DNA from: Thermodesulfobacteriota bacterium
Lineage (GTDB): Bacteria > Desulfobacterota_D > UBA1144 > Nemesobacterales > Mycalebacteriaceae
Length of the DNA: 64,000 nt
NCBI GenBank assembly: GCA_965205855.1
Contig: OZ242184.1
Coordinates: 608,001-672,000, forward strand
Direction of reading: 5' to 3'
Shown here piece after piece: positions 51,917 through 62,042 of the stretch. A model generated the notes under the pieces. It saw only the letters and a program-made list of their open reading frames with translations. It was not told the DNA's origin and ran no database searches. Every line of letters begins with the position of its first letter. Position 1 is the stretch's first letter. A program made the position numbers and the translations under genes.

Positions 51917-54469
51917 TCACCCGAAAGTAAAATCCTTCTTATCCGTTCCAACTTTTATTTTCTTATCCTTTCCGATTTTCCCCTCAAGCAGCAATTTCGC
52001 AATCGGGTCTTCCAACTCTCTGCGGATAACCCTTTTTAGCGGCCTTGCCCCGTATTCGGGGTCATAACCTTTGTCCGCGAGTCTTTCCTTTGCTTTGCCG
52101 GTTATCTCAAGACCGATTTCCTTTTCCTCAAGACGCGACCGCAGTATCGTTATTTGAATATCAACAATTCCCTTGATTTCTTTTTTGGAAAGCGGTTTGA
52201 AAATTATCGTCTCGTCAATTCTGTTCAAAAATTCAGGCCTGAATCTCTCCCGTAACGCCTGCGTAACGCTCGCGCGCATTTTCTCTTCGTCATCAAGCAT
52301 CTCCCGAATCAGACGGCTTCCGAGGTTTGAAGTCATTATTATTACGCAGTTGCGGAAATTAACCGTTCTTCCCTGCCCGTCGGTCAACCTGCCGTCTTCC
52401 AGAATTTGAAGCAGAATGTTGAAAACATCCTCGTGCGCTTTCTCAACCTCATCAAGAAGAACAACCGAGTAGGGGCGTCTTCTTACCGCTTCGGTAAGTT
52501 GCCCGCCTTCGTCGTAGCCAACATATCCCGGAGGGGCTCCGATAAGCCGTGAGACGGAATGTTTTTCCATATACTCGCTCATGTCTATGCGCACAATGTT
52601 GCTTTCATCGTCAAAAATAAACTCAGCTAGGGCGCGCGCGAGTTCGGTTTTGCCGACTCCCGTGGGACCGAGAAAAAGAAGCGAACCTATCGGCCTCGAC
52701 GGATCGGAAAGCCCCGTTCTTGACCTTCTGATTGTGTTTGAAACCGTTTCAATTGCTTCGCTTTGTCCCACAACCCTGCGGGAAAGGTTTTTTTCCATTC
52801 CCAGCAGTTTTTCCGTTTCGCCCTCAATCACTTTTGCAACGGGAACGCCCGTCCACTTGGATACAACCTGTGCTATGTCCGCAGGGCCGACCTCTTCGGT
52901 GAGCATGGTTTTCGTTCCGCCGTCTCCGGCTTTGGTTTCAAGTTCTTTCTCAAGTTCGGGCAGTCTGCCGTAAAGTATTTCCGAAGCGGCGGAAAGATTT
53001 CCCTCCCTCTGCGCTTTTTCCGCTTCGGTGCGCGCAGCGTCTATCTCACGCTTGATTTTCTTTATTTCCGATACGCGTCCTTTCTCTCTTTCCCATTGGG
53101 CTGTCAGCCCGCCCAGATTCTCTTTTAAGTCCGAGATTTTTCTCTCTATCTCCCTAATTTTTTCGCATTTTCCGTCCGATTCTTTTTTCAAACTCTCGTG
53201 CTCCATCTCAAGTTGTATGACGCGGCGCCTTGCCTCGTCCACTTCGGCGGGCATTGAGTCAATCTCCATTTTAATTTTTGCCGCCGCCTCATCTATGAGG
53301 TCAACGGCTTTATCTGGCAAAAACCTTCCGGTTATGTAACGGTGCGAAAGTTTCGCCGCCGCGGTGAGCGCATCGTCCCTGATTCTGACGCCGTGGTGCG
53401 CCTCGTATTTTTCTTTGAGTCCGCGAAGGATTGAAACAGTGTCTTCAACGGACGGTTCGTCAACATACACTTGCTGAAACCTTCTCTCAAAAGCCGCGTC
53501 TTTTTCAATGTTTGAGCGGAATTCGTCGAGCGTTGTGGTTCCTATGCAATGCAGTTCACCTCTTGCAAGCGCGGGTTTGAGCATATTTGAAGCGTCCATC
53601 GCCCCGTCCGCTCCTCCGGCGCCAACAACAGTATGCACTTCGTCTATGAACAGAATAATTTCCTTTTCCGCTTCGGCGACTTCAGAGAGAACCGCCTTTA
53701 ACCTTTCTTCAAACTGCCCTCTGTATTTTGCCCCGGCAACCAGCGCCCCCATATCCAAAGCGATGAGGTTTTTGTTCTCAAGCCCTTCGGGAACATCCCC
53801 GTCAACAATCCTCTGCGCGAGCCCTTCAACAATGGCGGTTTTGCCGACACCCGGCTCGCCTATAAGCACGGGGTTGTTTTTTGTGCGGCGGAGGAGAACC
53901 TGCACCACACGCCTGATTTCCTCGTCTCTTCCGATTACGGGGTCTACCCTGCCGTCCCTTGCCCTTGCCGTAAGGTCGCTGCCGTATTTGGACAACGCTT
54001 GAAAGGTGTCTTCAGGGGATTCTCCCGTAACTTTGCGGTTTCCCCTTAAATCTTCAATCGCTTTTTCAACCGTCTCTTTGTTGACTCCGGCTTGCGAAAG
54101 CGCGTTTTTTAAATCCCCCGATGCCGCGGAGGCTATTCCAACCAGAAGATGCTCGGTGCTGATGTATTCATCCCCGCGGGACTTTGCCGACTCTTCCGCC
54201 GTCCTGAATGCGGTGTTGAATTCTCTACTTGCGTATTCCTCGTAATTGCCCTCAACGGCGGGAAGTTTTTCCATGTCTTTTTGCGCCGCATTCTTGATTT
54301 TGTCCGTATCCGCTCCGAGTTTGCGCAGAATTTCCGAGGGGATTCCCTGCTCCACAAGCGCAAGTGCCAAATGAGACAGGTCTATCGCCTGATTATTTTT
54401 CTGCCGCGCTATGTCCCGTGCTTTGGACAGAGTTTCGCGCGCTTTGATTGTAACTTTGTCGCTGTTCAT
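51917..54469 (-). CDS. clpB: Chaperone ClpB
   Basis: Two AAA modules ([16 protein letters not shown]) and a long coiled-coil middle domain. Confidence 0.96.
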   Translation of the reverse strand: MNSDKVTIKARETLSKARDIARQKNNQAIDLSHLALALVEQGIPSEILRKLGADTDKIKNAAQKDMEKLPAVEGNYEEYASREFNTAFRTAEESAKSRGDEYISTEHLLVGIASAASGDLKNALSQAGVNKETVEKAIEDLRGNRKVTGESPEDTFQALSKYGSDLTARARDGRVDPVIGRDEEIRRVVQVLLRRTKNNPVLIGEPGVGKTAIVEGLAQRIVDGDVPEGLENKNLIALDMGALVAGAKYRGQFEERLKAVLSEVAEAEKEIILFIDEVHTVVGAGGADGAMDASNMLKPALARGELHCIGTTTLDEFRSNIEKDAAFERRFQQVYVDEPSVEDTVSILRGLKEKYEAHHGVRIRDDALTAAAKLSHRYITGRFLPDKAVDLIDEAAAKIKMEIDSMPAEVDEARRRVIQLEMEHESLKKESDGKCEKIREIERKISDLKENLGGLTAQWEREKGRVSEIKKIKREIDAARTEAEKAQREGNLSAASEILYGRLPELEKELETKAGDGGTKTMLTEEVGPADIAQVVSKWTGVPVAKVIEGETEKLLGMEKNLSRRVVGQSEAIETVSNTIRRSRTGLSDPSRPIGSLLFLGPTGVGKTELARALAEFIFDDESNIVRIDMSEYMEKHSVSRLIGAPPGYVGYDEGGQLTEAVRRRPYSVVLLDEVEKAHEDVFNILLQILEDGRLTDGQGRTVNFRNCVIIMTSNLGSRLIREMLDDEEKMRASVTQALRERFRPEFLNRIDETIIFKPLSKKEIKGIVDIQITILRSRLEEKEIGLEITGKAKERLADKGYDPEYGARPLKRVIRRELEDPIAKLLLEGKIGKDKKIKVGTDKKDFTFG

Positions 54470-54572
54470 GTTTGTCTCCTCTTATAAAGTATGAACCCGC
54501 GTGCGCAATTCAATGAAGTTTTTTCAGAAAAAAATTGATTTTATATCCTTATGACTAATACAATGGACTCTT

Positions 54573-55607
54573 ATGTACAAAAAAAGATTGCACTTTTTCT
54601 TTTTGGCAATTGTTTTTGCTTTTCCGGTTCTTACCTTCGGGGAAGATTCATCTTCTCCGTTTGACGGAGCTTACTTCGGAATTGACAGCGCTTTTGTGTC
54701 AAGCAGGTCCGAAGGGCAGGTGGGACCGCTTAACGCTGCCACCAGCGTTCCTGTTCCGGCGGGAATGCTATCGGGAAGAATACCGGCGCCGGAATTGGAA
54801 GCACTAATAACGGGACTGCAAATGCAGGGACTTGTGCCACCGGCAGTAGACCCGGCAAATCCGGCGCCGAACCTGATTCTTCCTCTTCCGGTTTCGGCTT
54901 CATTCGGGCCGTTTCCGTTTGCAGGCACGGATAATCTTCCCGGAGGCTCGCTTTTTGCGGGTTATGGAAAAACTTTCGGCAAATTTTTCGTCGCGGGAGA
55001 ATTTGTCGGAAGTTACGGAAGTTACGACAATACGAATGCGTTTGGCAGCCCCAATTTTACTTCCGACATAGATATTACTCAGGGGCATTTTGGCATAATC
55101 TCACGTCTGGGTTTTCTGATTAGCAGAAACCTGCTCGCATACTCAACCCTCGGTTGGGGGCGCAGTTGGATTGAAGCGGAGGGAACGGTTCATACAATTT
55201 CCTTTTCCGGGCAGATACCAAATCCTACAGACCCTACGGGGCAAACTTTGATTCCGGTGAGCGCTAATGAACCTCTTAACCAGTCCATAAAAAGCGATCT
55301 TGTTTATGACGGTATTCAGTTTGGTATCGGGCTTGAATACGCTCTTGCCGACCTTGTTGAACGGCTGGACAACTTTTCCGTCCGTTTGGGGTATTCAAGA
55401 ATAGAGTATAGAAGGGAAAACTTTTCCTACAATGTTGGCGGTAACGGACCCCTGATGCTTACGGTCAACGCTCCTCTTGACCCCACTCCCGGGGCTGCCC
55501 CTGTGCCGTTAGATGTTACCGTTGAAGACAATAGCATACCAGCGCAAGTCAATCCCGGTGTGCATGTTGTTTCTCTGGGGGTTTCATACAGAATTGGAAG
55601 TTTCTAA
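54573..55607 (+). CDS. Outer-membrane beta-barrel (OmpA/Omp25-like) with long Pro-rich loops
   Basis: Signal peptide; FDGAYFG, FAGYG, RLGF, GIGLEY, LGVSY, terminal Phe. Confidence 0.7.
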   Translation: MYKKRLHFFFLAIVFAFPVLTFGEDSSSPFDGAYFGIDSAFVSSRSEGQVGPLNAATSVPVPAGMLSGRIPAPELEALITGLQMQGLVPPAVDPANPAPNLILPLPVSASFGPFPFAGTDNLPGGSLFAGYGKTFGKFFVAGEFVGSYGSYDNTNAFGSPNFTSDIDITQGHFGIISRLGFLISRNLLAYSTLGWGRSWIEAEGTVHTISFSGQIPNPTDPTGQTLIPVSANEPLNQSIKSDLVYDGIQFGIGLEYALADLVERLDNFSVRLGYSRIEYRRENFSYNVGGNGPLMLTVNAPLDPTPGAAPVPLDVTVEDNSIPAQVNPGVHVVSLGVSYRIGSF

Positions 55608-55614
55608 CCACAAG

Positions 55615-56469
55615 CTGAATGTAAAACCTCTGTTTTCGAGGGTTCGCACGTTGTTTGCCGCGGCTGCGTTTTCTCTGACAGCCGCTTTTGTGTCCGCATC
55701 CGGCGGTGCGCCCGAAGTTACCCTCGCAAGTATTTACAAAGGCGGCACTGATGTTTCCTCTTACCTTGTGAGCGAAAAACTGGACGGGGTTCGCGCCTAC
55801 TGGGACGGGGAAAAACTTGTTTCGCGCCGGGGGAATGTTTTTTTCCCTCCCGATTGGTTCACAAAGGGTTTTCCGTCCGAGCCGATGGACGGGGAGTTGT
55901 GGGTTGCCAGAAACAGTTTTGAGCGGACGGTTTCAATCGTCCGCCGCGGTGCTCCTCATAACGGGTGGAAAGATGTCAAATACATGGTTTTTGACCTTCC
56001 GGGACGCAAAGGCGGATTCCAAAAGCGGTTCAAGGTTTTGGAAAGGGTTATTGGCGCGGCGGGCAATTCGCGCCTGCGGGCTACCCGTCAGTTCAGAGTT
56101 TCCGGTGAAGCGGAGTTAATGCGCGAACTTGAGCGCGTAACCGCGTCTGGCGGGGAAGGGTTGATGCTTCATAAATCGGACGCTCCTCACAGAAGCGGCA
56201 GAAGCGGAGACTTACTGAAGCTCAAGAAATTTTACGATGCCGAGGCGGTTGTTGTGGCTCATAATCCGGGAAAGGGAAAATTTCACGCAATGATGGGAAG
56301 CGTAACGGTTGAGACGCCCGAAGGCGTCCGTTTCAGAATCGGCACAGGGTTTACCGATAAACAAAGAGCAAATCCTCCCGCAATTGGAAGCGTGATTACT
56401 TACAAATACAGAGGATTTACACGGAAAGGAAAGCCGAAGTTCGCGTCTTTCTGGCGTGTCAGGAATTAA
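55615..56469 (+). CDS. Minimal ATP-dependent DNA ligase with signal peptide (Lig E type); start uncertain
   Basis: SEKLDGVRA, DGEL, VFD, GEGLM, LKLK, OB domain FRIGTGF; hydrophobic N-terminus. Confidence 0.88.
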   Translation: MNVKPLFSRVRTLFAAAAFSLTAAFVSASGGAPEVTLASIYKGGTDVSSYLVSEKLDGVRAYWDGEKLVSRRGNVFFPPDWFTKGFPSEPMDGELWVARNSFERTVSIVRRGAPHNGWKDVKYMVFDLPGRKGGFQKRFKVLERVIGAAGNSRLRATRQFRVSGEAELMRELERVTASGGEGLMLHKSDAPHRSGRSGDLLKLKKFYDAEAVVVAHNPGKGKFHAMMGSVTVETPEGVRFRIGTGFTDKQRANPPAIGSVITYKYRGFTRKGKPKFASFWRVRN

Positions 56470-56486
56470 CGGGTAAACGCGCTTCC

Positions 56487-57647
56487 TTATTTCCCAAGCA
56501 AAGCGACAACGCAAGTGATTCCGTCCATCGCCGGTTGGGCTCCGCCCATTGTTTCTATCATTCCAACTTTCGCGTCCTTGACCTGCCTTTTGCCGGTTTC
56601 TCCTCTCAGCTGGCGGACAATTTCCGCGATTTGAAGAAGACCCGTTGCTCCGACCGGATGACCGCGGGAAAGCAATCCGCCTCCGGGATTAACGGCAACC
56701 TTGTCTCCGCCGACCCATGTGCTTTGTTCGTCAATCAAACGCGCGCCTTCGCCTTCCTTGCAGAAACCCAGAGCTTCGGTAACCATCATTTCGGCGATTG
56801 AAAAAGCGTCGTGGATTTCACACACATCCACATCATCGGGTCCCAGTCCCGACATTTCGTAGGCAAGGTTTGCGCTCCTTGTAACATTTTCCGAAGGCGC
56901 GCAGGTAAGACCCTTGGGACTTGAGTATTTGCCCGACTGCGACACGCAACCGAGAACTTTTATCGGGGCTTTGTTTTTCGCGAGTTTTTTCACCTGATCT
57001 CCGGAGCAAAGAACCGCTGCCGCCGCCGCATCTCCAACGGGGCAACACTGGTTGCGCGTGAGCGGGTCGGCTATAAGCGGAGAGTCCAGAACGCTCTCAA
57101 CCGTTTCTTCCTTACAAAACTGAGCGTCCGGATTCATTGTCGCGTGATGTCTGCTTTTTACCACAACTTTGGCAAGCTGCTCTTTTGTAACACCGTATTC
57201 GTCCATATATTTGCTTGCCCGCATCGCGTAAAGCGCGGGCATTCCCATTCCCATCGCGACCTCAATGTCATCTTCCTCAAGAGGGAGAGGGCCGCCCGAG
57301 AGAACCTTGCTCAGATTCTCAACTCCGAGAGCGAGCGCTATATCCTGTTGTCCGTAGGCGATTGTTCTCCATGCTTCCCAGAATGAAAGGGTTCCGCTTC
57401 CGCACGCACCCTCAACATTAATTGTCGGCTGTCCGACAAGTCCGATTTCTTTCATCGTTCTCTGCCCGACACCCATTCCCTGGTAGACATGTCCGCAAAA
57501 AACTATTTCAATCAAACGCGGGTGTATTTCCGCTTCCTGTATCGCTTTCCACGCGGCTTCTCTTCCGAGAATATGCGCCGCTTTGTCGGGAAATTTTCCG
57601 CAAGGCGTATTTCCGACTCCCAAAATATAGACATCTCTCAAAGACAT
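56487..57647 (-). CDS. Thiolase family protein (SCP-x / lipid-transfer type)
   Basis: VEGACGSG, EIHDAF, NPGGGLLSRGHPVGATG. Confidence 0.9.
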   Translation of the reverse strand: MSLRDVYILGVGNTPCGKFPDKAAHILGREAAWKAIQEAEIHPRLIEIVFCGHVYQGMGVGQRTMKEIGLVGQPTINVEGACGSGTLSFWEAWRTIAYGQQDIALALGVENLSKVLSGGPLPLEEDDIEVAMGMGMPALYAMRASKYMDEYGVTKEQLAKVVVKSRHHATMNPDAQFCKEETVESVLDSPLIADPLTRNQCCPVGDAAAAAVLCSGDQVKKLAKNKAPIKVLGCVSQSGKYSSPKGLTCAPSENVTRSANLAYEMSGLGPDDVDVCEIHDAFSIAEMMVTEALGFCKEGEGARLIDEQSTWVGGDKVAVNPGGGLLSRGHPVGATGLLQIAEIVRQLRGETGKRQVKDAKVGMIETMGGAQPAMDGITCVVALLGK

Positions 57648-57706
57648 AATCCACTCCCGTTCAGCGCTTGAATTGACGATTTTCGAACCGTCCGGCTGAG
57701 AGAACT

Positions 57707-57768
57707 AATATATGGAAACCGTATATGGGTGTCAATTCTTGACAACTCCTTAAGTTGCCAAGTAATAT
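57707..57768. promoter_or_regulatory. Back-to-back sigma70 promoters with a palindromic operator
   Basis: TGTCAA-TTC-TTGACA (two -35 boxes); -10 TATATT (minus) and TAATAT (plus); palindrome ATATATGG-AAA-CCGTATAT at 57708-57726. Confidence 0.6.
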
Positions 57769-57831
57769 GATTTCTGGCTGGCTTTTATTTTTGAAGCCGG
57801 CGAGAATTTCCAATAAGGGGGAAAATAAATT

Positions 57832-58863
57832 ATGGCCAGCAAACTAATACTGGACGATGTACCTGCGGCAAGCTCGGTACAAAATGTGAGCGCGCTTGAT
57901 GCCATTGGCACAAGACGTTCAATAAGGTGGTATGAGCCCAATGAGCCTGTTGAAAGATGGAAGATACAGGCGATGCTTGAGGCGGCAAGAGTCGCACCTT
58001 CGGCCGGAAACTTCAACGGACAAAGGGCGATTGTTGTTTACAGGGATGAAGACCCTGAGATTTGGGAGTTTATCTCGGACTGGAGCCAGATAACAACACA
58101 GATGGCTCCCGTTCTTATCTTCTGGTGTTATGACCTTGCGAACTACGATGTTCAGGGTCAGTCAATACACGACCTTATGAGGACGGGCGCTCTTGACAAG
58201 GCGCACGGATGGGAATACGACAGAGTTTCCAATCTCTTTCCTCTTCCGGGTCTGCTTCCTGATGCGGTTCTGCACAGGTTGGCCGCGATAGACCTTGGAA
58301 ACTCGCTACAGAACGCTATGATTGCGGCGACCGCTCTTGGTCTTGGCACCTGCCTTAACGGAGCGAGCGGCGGAGCGAGGAGAAACACCAAGCTAAAATT
58401 CGGCTTGCCGGACACTTATGTGTTCAGTTGGCTTATGACTGTCGGTGTTCCGGCTGAAAGCATGGACGGCGGCGGCGCGAGGTCAAGGCCTCCGTTTGAG
58501 AATATGTTTTTTGAGAAGAAGGTTGGACAGGGCTTCAAGAGAGACCCGAAAGCCACAAGTCTTCTTGAGGAGCTTAAACTGCTTCAGGATTACGGACCGC
58601 TTCCCGGAAGACTTGAGGAGCTCAACCGTCTTACCAAACGTTTCGGTCTTGGGGACGAAGCTCTTACGGACTGGAAGTTTGAGCCTTCACAGATGGACGA
58701 CCCCAAAGTGCTGAAGGACACAAGACTCATGTCTCTGAGCGCAGACGAGGTCATGGCATCCTCTCCGGGTGATATTCCCGTGGAATTTGAATTGAAGCCC
58801 ACGGTGAAGAGAGAGGTTCTTGACCAATACCGCAAGGATAAAGGAATCGGCGCCGCCGACTGA
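57832..58863 (+). CDS. Nitroreductase-family flavoprotein with long C-terminal extension
   Basis: RRSIR, APSAGN, ATALGLGTC. Confidence 0.88.
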   Translation: MASKLILDDVPAASSVQNVSALDAIGTRRSIRWYEPNEPVERWKIQAMLEAARVAPSAGNFNGQRAIVVYRDEDPEIWEFISDWSQITTQMAPVLIFWCYDLANYDVQGQSIHDLMRTGALDKAHGWEYDRVSNLFPLPGLLPDAVLHRLAAIDLGNSLQNAMIAATALGLGTCLNGASGGARRNTKLKFGLPDTYVFSWLMTVGVPAESMDGGGARSRPPFENMFFEKKVGQGFKRDPKATSLLEELKLLQDYGPLPGRLEELNRLTKRFGLGDEALTDWKFEPSQMDDPKVLKDTRLMSLSADEVMASSPGDIPVEFELKPTVKREVLDQYRKDKGIGAAD

Positions 58864-58901
58864 CTTTTTTCTTAAAAATAACTTCATGGAGGAATGAAAA
58901 A

Positions 58902-59099
58902 ATGGCTGAAATAACAATTAACATCCCTGACCCTATCTATAAGGTAATAGAGAAAAGGGCGAAGGATACAAACAATCCGAACGGTCCTCAGGGTGTGATT
59001 ATCGCTAACCTAGCTTTGCTTTTCGGCGCTTCTCAGTATCAGTCTGAGAAGTGGCTGAAAAACCAGACCGACGGCGACGATATGTCGCAGCCTTGGTAA
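58902..59099 (+). CDS. Small protein with RHH-like N-terminus
   Basis: SD GGAGG; ITINIPDPIYKVIEKRAK strand-helix pattern; followed by a terminator. Confidence 0.65.
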   Translation: MAEITINIPDPIYKVIEKRAKDTNNPNGPQGVIIANLALLFGASQYQSEKWLKNQTDGDDMSQPW

Positions 59100-59119
59100 A
59101 ATTCGGGCGAAGACAAATT

Positions 59120-59156
59120 AAAAAAGGGGGAAGGTTGGTTCCTTCCCCCTTTTTTT
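59120..59156 (+). terminator. Intrinsic terminator
   Basis: GGGGGAAGG-TTGGTT-CCTTCCCCC-T7. Confidence 0.88.
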
Positions 59157-59185
59157 GCTTTTTTTAACGGAGGGATTTTAGGACA

Positions 59186-60037
59186 ATGGAACTTAACAGA
59201 GATTTTATCGGCAGAGATTTGGGAGTCCGTTCTCATATCGTAACTCAGGATGAGATAGACAAATATGCGGCAGCAATCGGCGGCGGCGGAAACTCCGCTT
59301 ATAAGCAAGGTGTTGCTCCGCCGTCTTTTCCGGTTATTTATGAACTGCCTTTTCTTGAGGAAATCTGGAGTGACCCCGAACTGAACGGCGGAGAGGAGCA
59401 GGCGAAAAAGAATGTTCTTATGCTGGTTCACGGCGACCAGAAAATGGTTTTTCATAAACCGCTCAAAGTCGGAAGCGAAGTTTCTTTTTCCGCCCGTGTG
59501 GTGGGAATTGAAGACAAAGGTTCGGGAGAGGTTCTCGCGCTCAAAACCGAAAGCAGGGCGGACGGAGATTTGATTTGCAAATCTGACTGGGGGCTTTTTG
59601 TTCGTGGAATCGGGAGCGGCAAAAGGCCTTCGCATCCCGCGGGCGCGAAAAAGCCGGCGGAAGCGGCTCCGCCACAACCCGTATTCAAAAGCGTTGTGGA
59701 AATTCCGGCGGACATAACGCCCCGTTATGCGAAAGCGTCAAACGACCACAACCCCATTCATCTTGACGGGGAAGTTGCGAAAAAAGCGGGGTTAAACGGC
59801 ATAGTTGTTCACGGGCTTTGCACGATGTCAACGGTTATGCAGAGCATCATAGACGGACACCTCGGCGGAGAGCCGGAAAGGTTGAAACAACTCGCCGTGC
59901 GTTTTTCCGCGCCGGTCTATCCCGGAGACACTCTTTGGGTTGAAGCGTTTGAAGCGGGGAGTTCCGCCGTGAAATTTGAAGTAACGCAAGAGGGCGGGGT
60001 GAAGGTGATTAAAGGCGGTTATGCGGAGTTTACTTGA
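59186..60037 (+). CDS. Double hot-dog MaoC-type (R)-enoyl-CoA hydratase
   Basis: LVHGDQ, SNDHNPIH, HGLCT, RFSAPVYPGD. Confidence 0.88.
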   Translation: MELNRDFIGRDLGVRSHIVTQDEIDKYAAAIGGGGNSAYKQGVAPPSFPVIYELPFLEEIWSDPELNGGEEQAKKNVLMLVHGDQKMVFHKPLKVGSEVSFSARVVGIEDKGSGEVLALKTESRADGDLICKSDWGLFVRGIGSGKRPSHPAGAKKPAEAAPPQPVFKSVVEIPADITPRYAKASNDHNPIHLDGEVAKKAGLNGIVVHGLCTMSTVMQSIIDGHLGGEPERLKQLAVRFSAPVYPGDTLWVEAFEAGSSAVKFEVTQEGGVKVIKGGYAEFT

Positions 60038-60107
60038 GGGTTAATTAAAGAAATTTCTGATTTTTTTCCGTCAAACTTTTAGGGTTCTGTTGATACACTT
60101 GGGGTTT

Positions 60108-60887
60108 CTACTGATACATAAGATCATTCAGTTTCCAGTATGCATCTGAGTTTTTTAAGTTCACATTTTCTTTAAAGTAGTCAAGCGCATTTTTACCTTC
60201 TTTAGAAACACGCCGTGGATTTGCGCCGTTTTGAATGAGAGCTATGATAACTTCAGGGTTATTGTTGAAATATGCCGCAATCATCAGAGCCGTCAAGCCG
60301 TTTTCCTTCCTTGTACTCACACTTGCCTTCACATTTGCGCCTTTTTGAATGAGAGCTGTGATAACTTCAGGGTTGTTGTTTCCATATGCCGCAATCATCA
60401 GAGCCGTCCAGTCGTTTTCCTCCCTTGTATTCACATTTGCGCCGTTTTGAATGAGAGTTGTGATAACTTCAGGGTTGTTGTTGTTAGATGCCGCAATCAT
60501 CAGAGCCGTCCAGTCGTTTTCATTCCTTGCGTTCACATTTGCGCCGTTTTGAATGAGAGTTGTGATAACTTCAGGGTTGTTGTTGTTAGATGCCGCAATC
60601 ATCAGAGCCGTCCAGCCGTCTTTATCCCTTGAATTCACATCTGCGCCTTTTTGAATGAGAGTTGTGATAACTTCAGGGTTATTGTTGTTAGATGCCGCAA
60701 ACATCAGAGCCGTCCAGCCGTTTTCCTCTCTTGCGTTCACATCTGCGCCGTTTTGAACTTCTCTCTCAATATCCGAGACTGTCGCAGTTTTCATAAATTC
60801 ATGGTCAAGAAATCTGTTTTCGGCATGCGCAATAGAGGAAAGCGCGCAGAAGGTAATTAAAATTACAGGCAAAAATATTTTTTTCAT
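60108..60887 (-). CDS. Secreted ankyrin-repeat protein
   Basis: Signal peptide (AHA); five GA(D/N)VN...TALM.AA....PEVI..LIQ repeats. Confidence 0.93.
   Translation of the reverse strand: MKKIFLPVILITFCALSSIAHAENRFLDHEFMKTATVSDIEREVQNGADVNAREENGWTALMFAASNNNNPEVITTLIQKGADVNSRDKDGWTALMIAASNNNNPEVITTLIQNGANVNARNENDWTALMIAASNNNNPEVITTLIQNGANVNTREENDWTALMIAAYGNNNPEVITALIQKGANVKASVSTRKENGLTALMIAAYFNNNPEVIIALIQNGANPRRVSKEGKNALDYFKENVNLKNSDAYWKLNDLMYQ
60220..60757 (-). repeat. Five tandem 102-bp ankyrin-coding repeats
   Basis: CACAT(C/T)TGCGCC recurs at 60330, 60432, 60534, 60636 and 60738. Confidence 0.95.
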
Positions 60888-60943
60888 TTTTTATTCTCCG
60901 TTATTCCCTTCGGTGGCAAAGAATTATAAGGCAAACGCCAAAT

Positions 60944-61951
60944 CTATTCCACAACCGCTGCCTTATAATCCTCAATATACATCTCCGCCATTTTTTTGAT
61001 TCCCCTGACCCGTTCAGACCTTAGCTCACGGCGTTTTTCCGCATCCTGCCAGAGGCGTTTTTCATAAGGCGTTTCAGGTGTTATTTGAGGAATTCCACAA
61101 GGTTTTCCTTTTTCATCCACTCTTACAAAAGACAGAAACGCCGTGCAAGTGTGATTGCTCTCTCCGGTTCGCGGGTTTTCGGAACTGATCTTTACGGCAG
61201 TCTCAAGCGAGGTTCTGCCCGTGTGAGTGATTCCCGCTTTCAAGGTGATGAACTCTCCCAGCCGTATCGGCGAAAAAAAGAACAGATTGTCCAGCGAGCC
61301 CGTTACAAGAGTGCCTTTTGAATGCCTCATTCCCACAAGCGCGGATGTCTCATCGGTGTATTTGAGCAGTTTTCCGGCGGACATAAAATCGCTGAAAAAT
61401 ATGTCTTCCGGCATAACGGCTCTTGAGGTCTCAAGTAGCAACCGCGTAACTTCGGTTTCATCCGCAATGTTGTCAATCTGCTGTTTTCTGATTTTGAGAT
61501 CGACAAGACGCTTCTCTTTTCGCTCCGCCGCTTTGTCGGAAACGGTTTTTTCCCTTATGTCCGCGGGAACAATTTTTTCCCCGACCGATCTCGGTTCTCC
61601 GGCTTTGTCAATCGCGACAAAAGCGAGGTGGGAAAGCGTTATGAACTTTTTCTCCCCGGTTTCGGGGCTTTCCGAATAAACCCTGACCGCCAACTCAAGA
61701 GAAGAAGTTCCTATAAATTCAACCCAGCTGTCCAGCGCGACAACGTCTCCCACCTTGACCGGATTCATAAAATCTATGTTGTCCGTTGCGGCGAGCACCG
61801 TAAGCCCCTTTGCGAGGCGCGTGGAGGTTATGTTCGCGGTTAACATTATCCAGTCCATCAACCTTCCTCCGTGCAAGGTGTTGTGCGAATTGGCATCTTG
61901 CTGAGAGACATAGCGGATGGCGCTGTTGAGAGTGTCTTTTATAGTGGGCAT
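60944..61951 (-). CDS. Double hot-dog acyl-CoA thioesterase
   Basis: DANSHNTLHGG, GTSSLE / GRTSLE, FVAID / FVRVD in duplicated domains. Confidence 0.88.
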   Translation of the reverse strand: MPTIKDTLNSAIRYVSQQDANSHNTLHGGRLMDWIMLTANITSTRLAKGLTVLAATDNIDFMNPVKVGDVVALDSWVEFIGTSSLELAVRVYSESPETGEKKFITLSHLAFVAIDKAGEPRSVGEKIVPADIREKTVSDKAAERKEKRLVDLKIRKQQIDNIADETEVTRLLLETSRAVMPEDIFFSDFMSAGKLLKYTDETSALVGMRHSKGTLVTGSLDNLFFFSPIRLGEFITLKAGITHTGRTSLETAVKISSENPRTGESNHTCTAFLSFVRVDEKGKPCGIPQITPETPYEKRLWQDAEKRRELRSERVRGIKKMAEMYIEDYKAAVVE

Positions 61952-62042
61952 TTCGGTTCTCCTTTTGCTTGCAGTTTGCGCAATCTATTTATAACATAAT
62001 GTCTTAAAGTCCCATTATTACCAGCCAGATGGATTTGTAACA

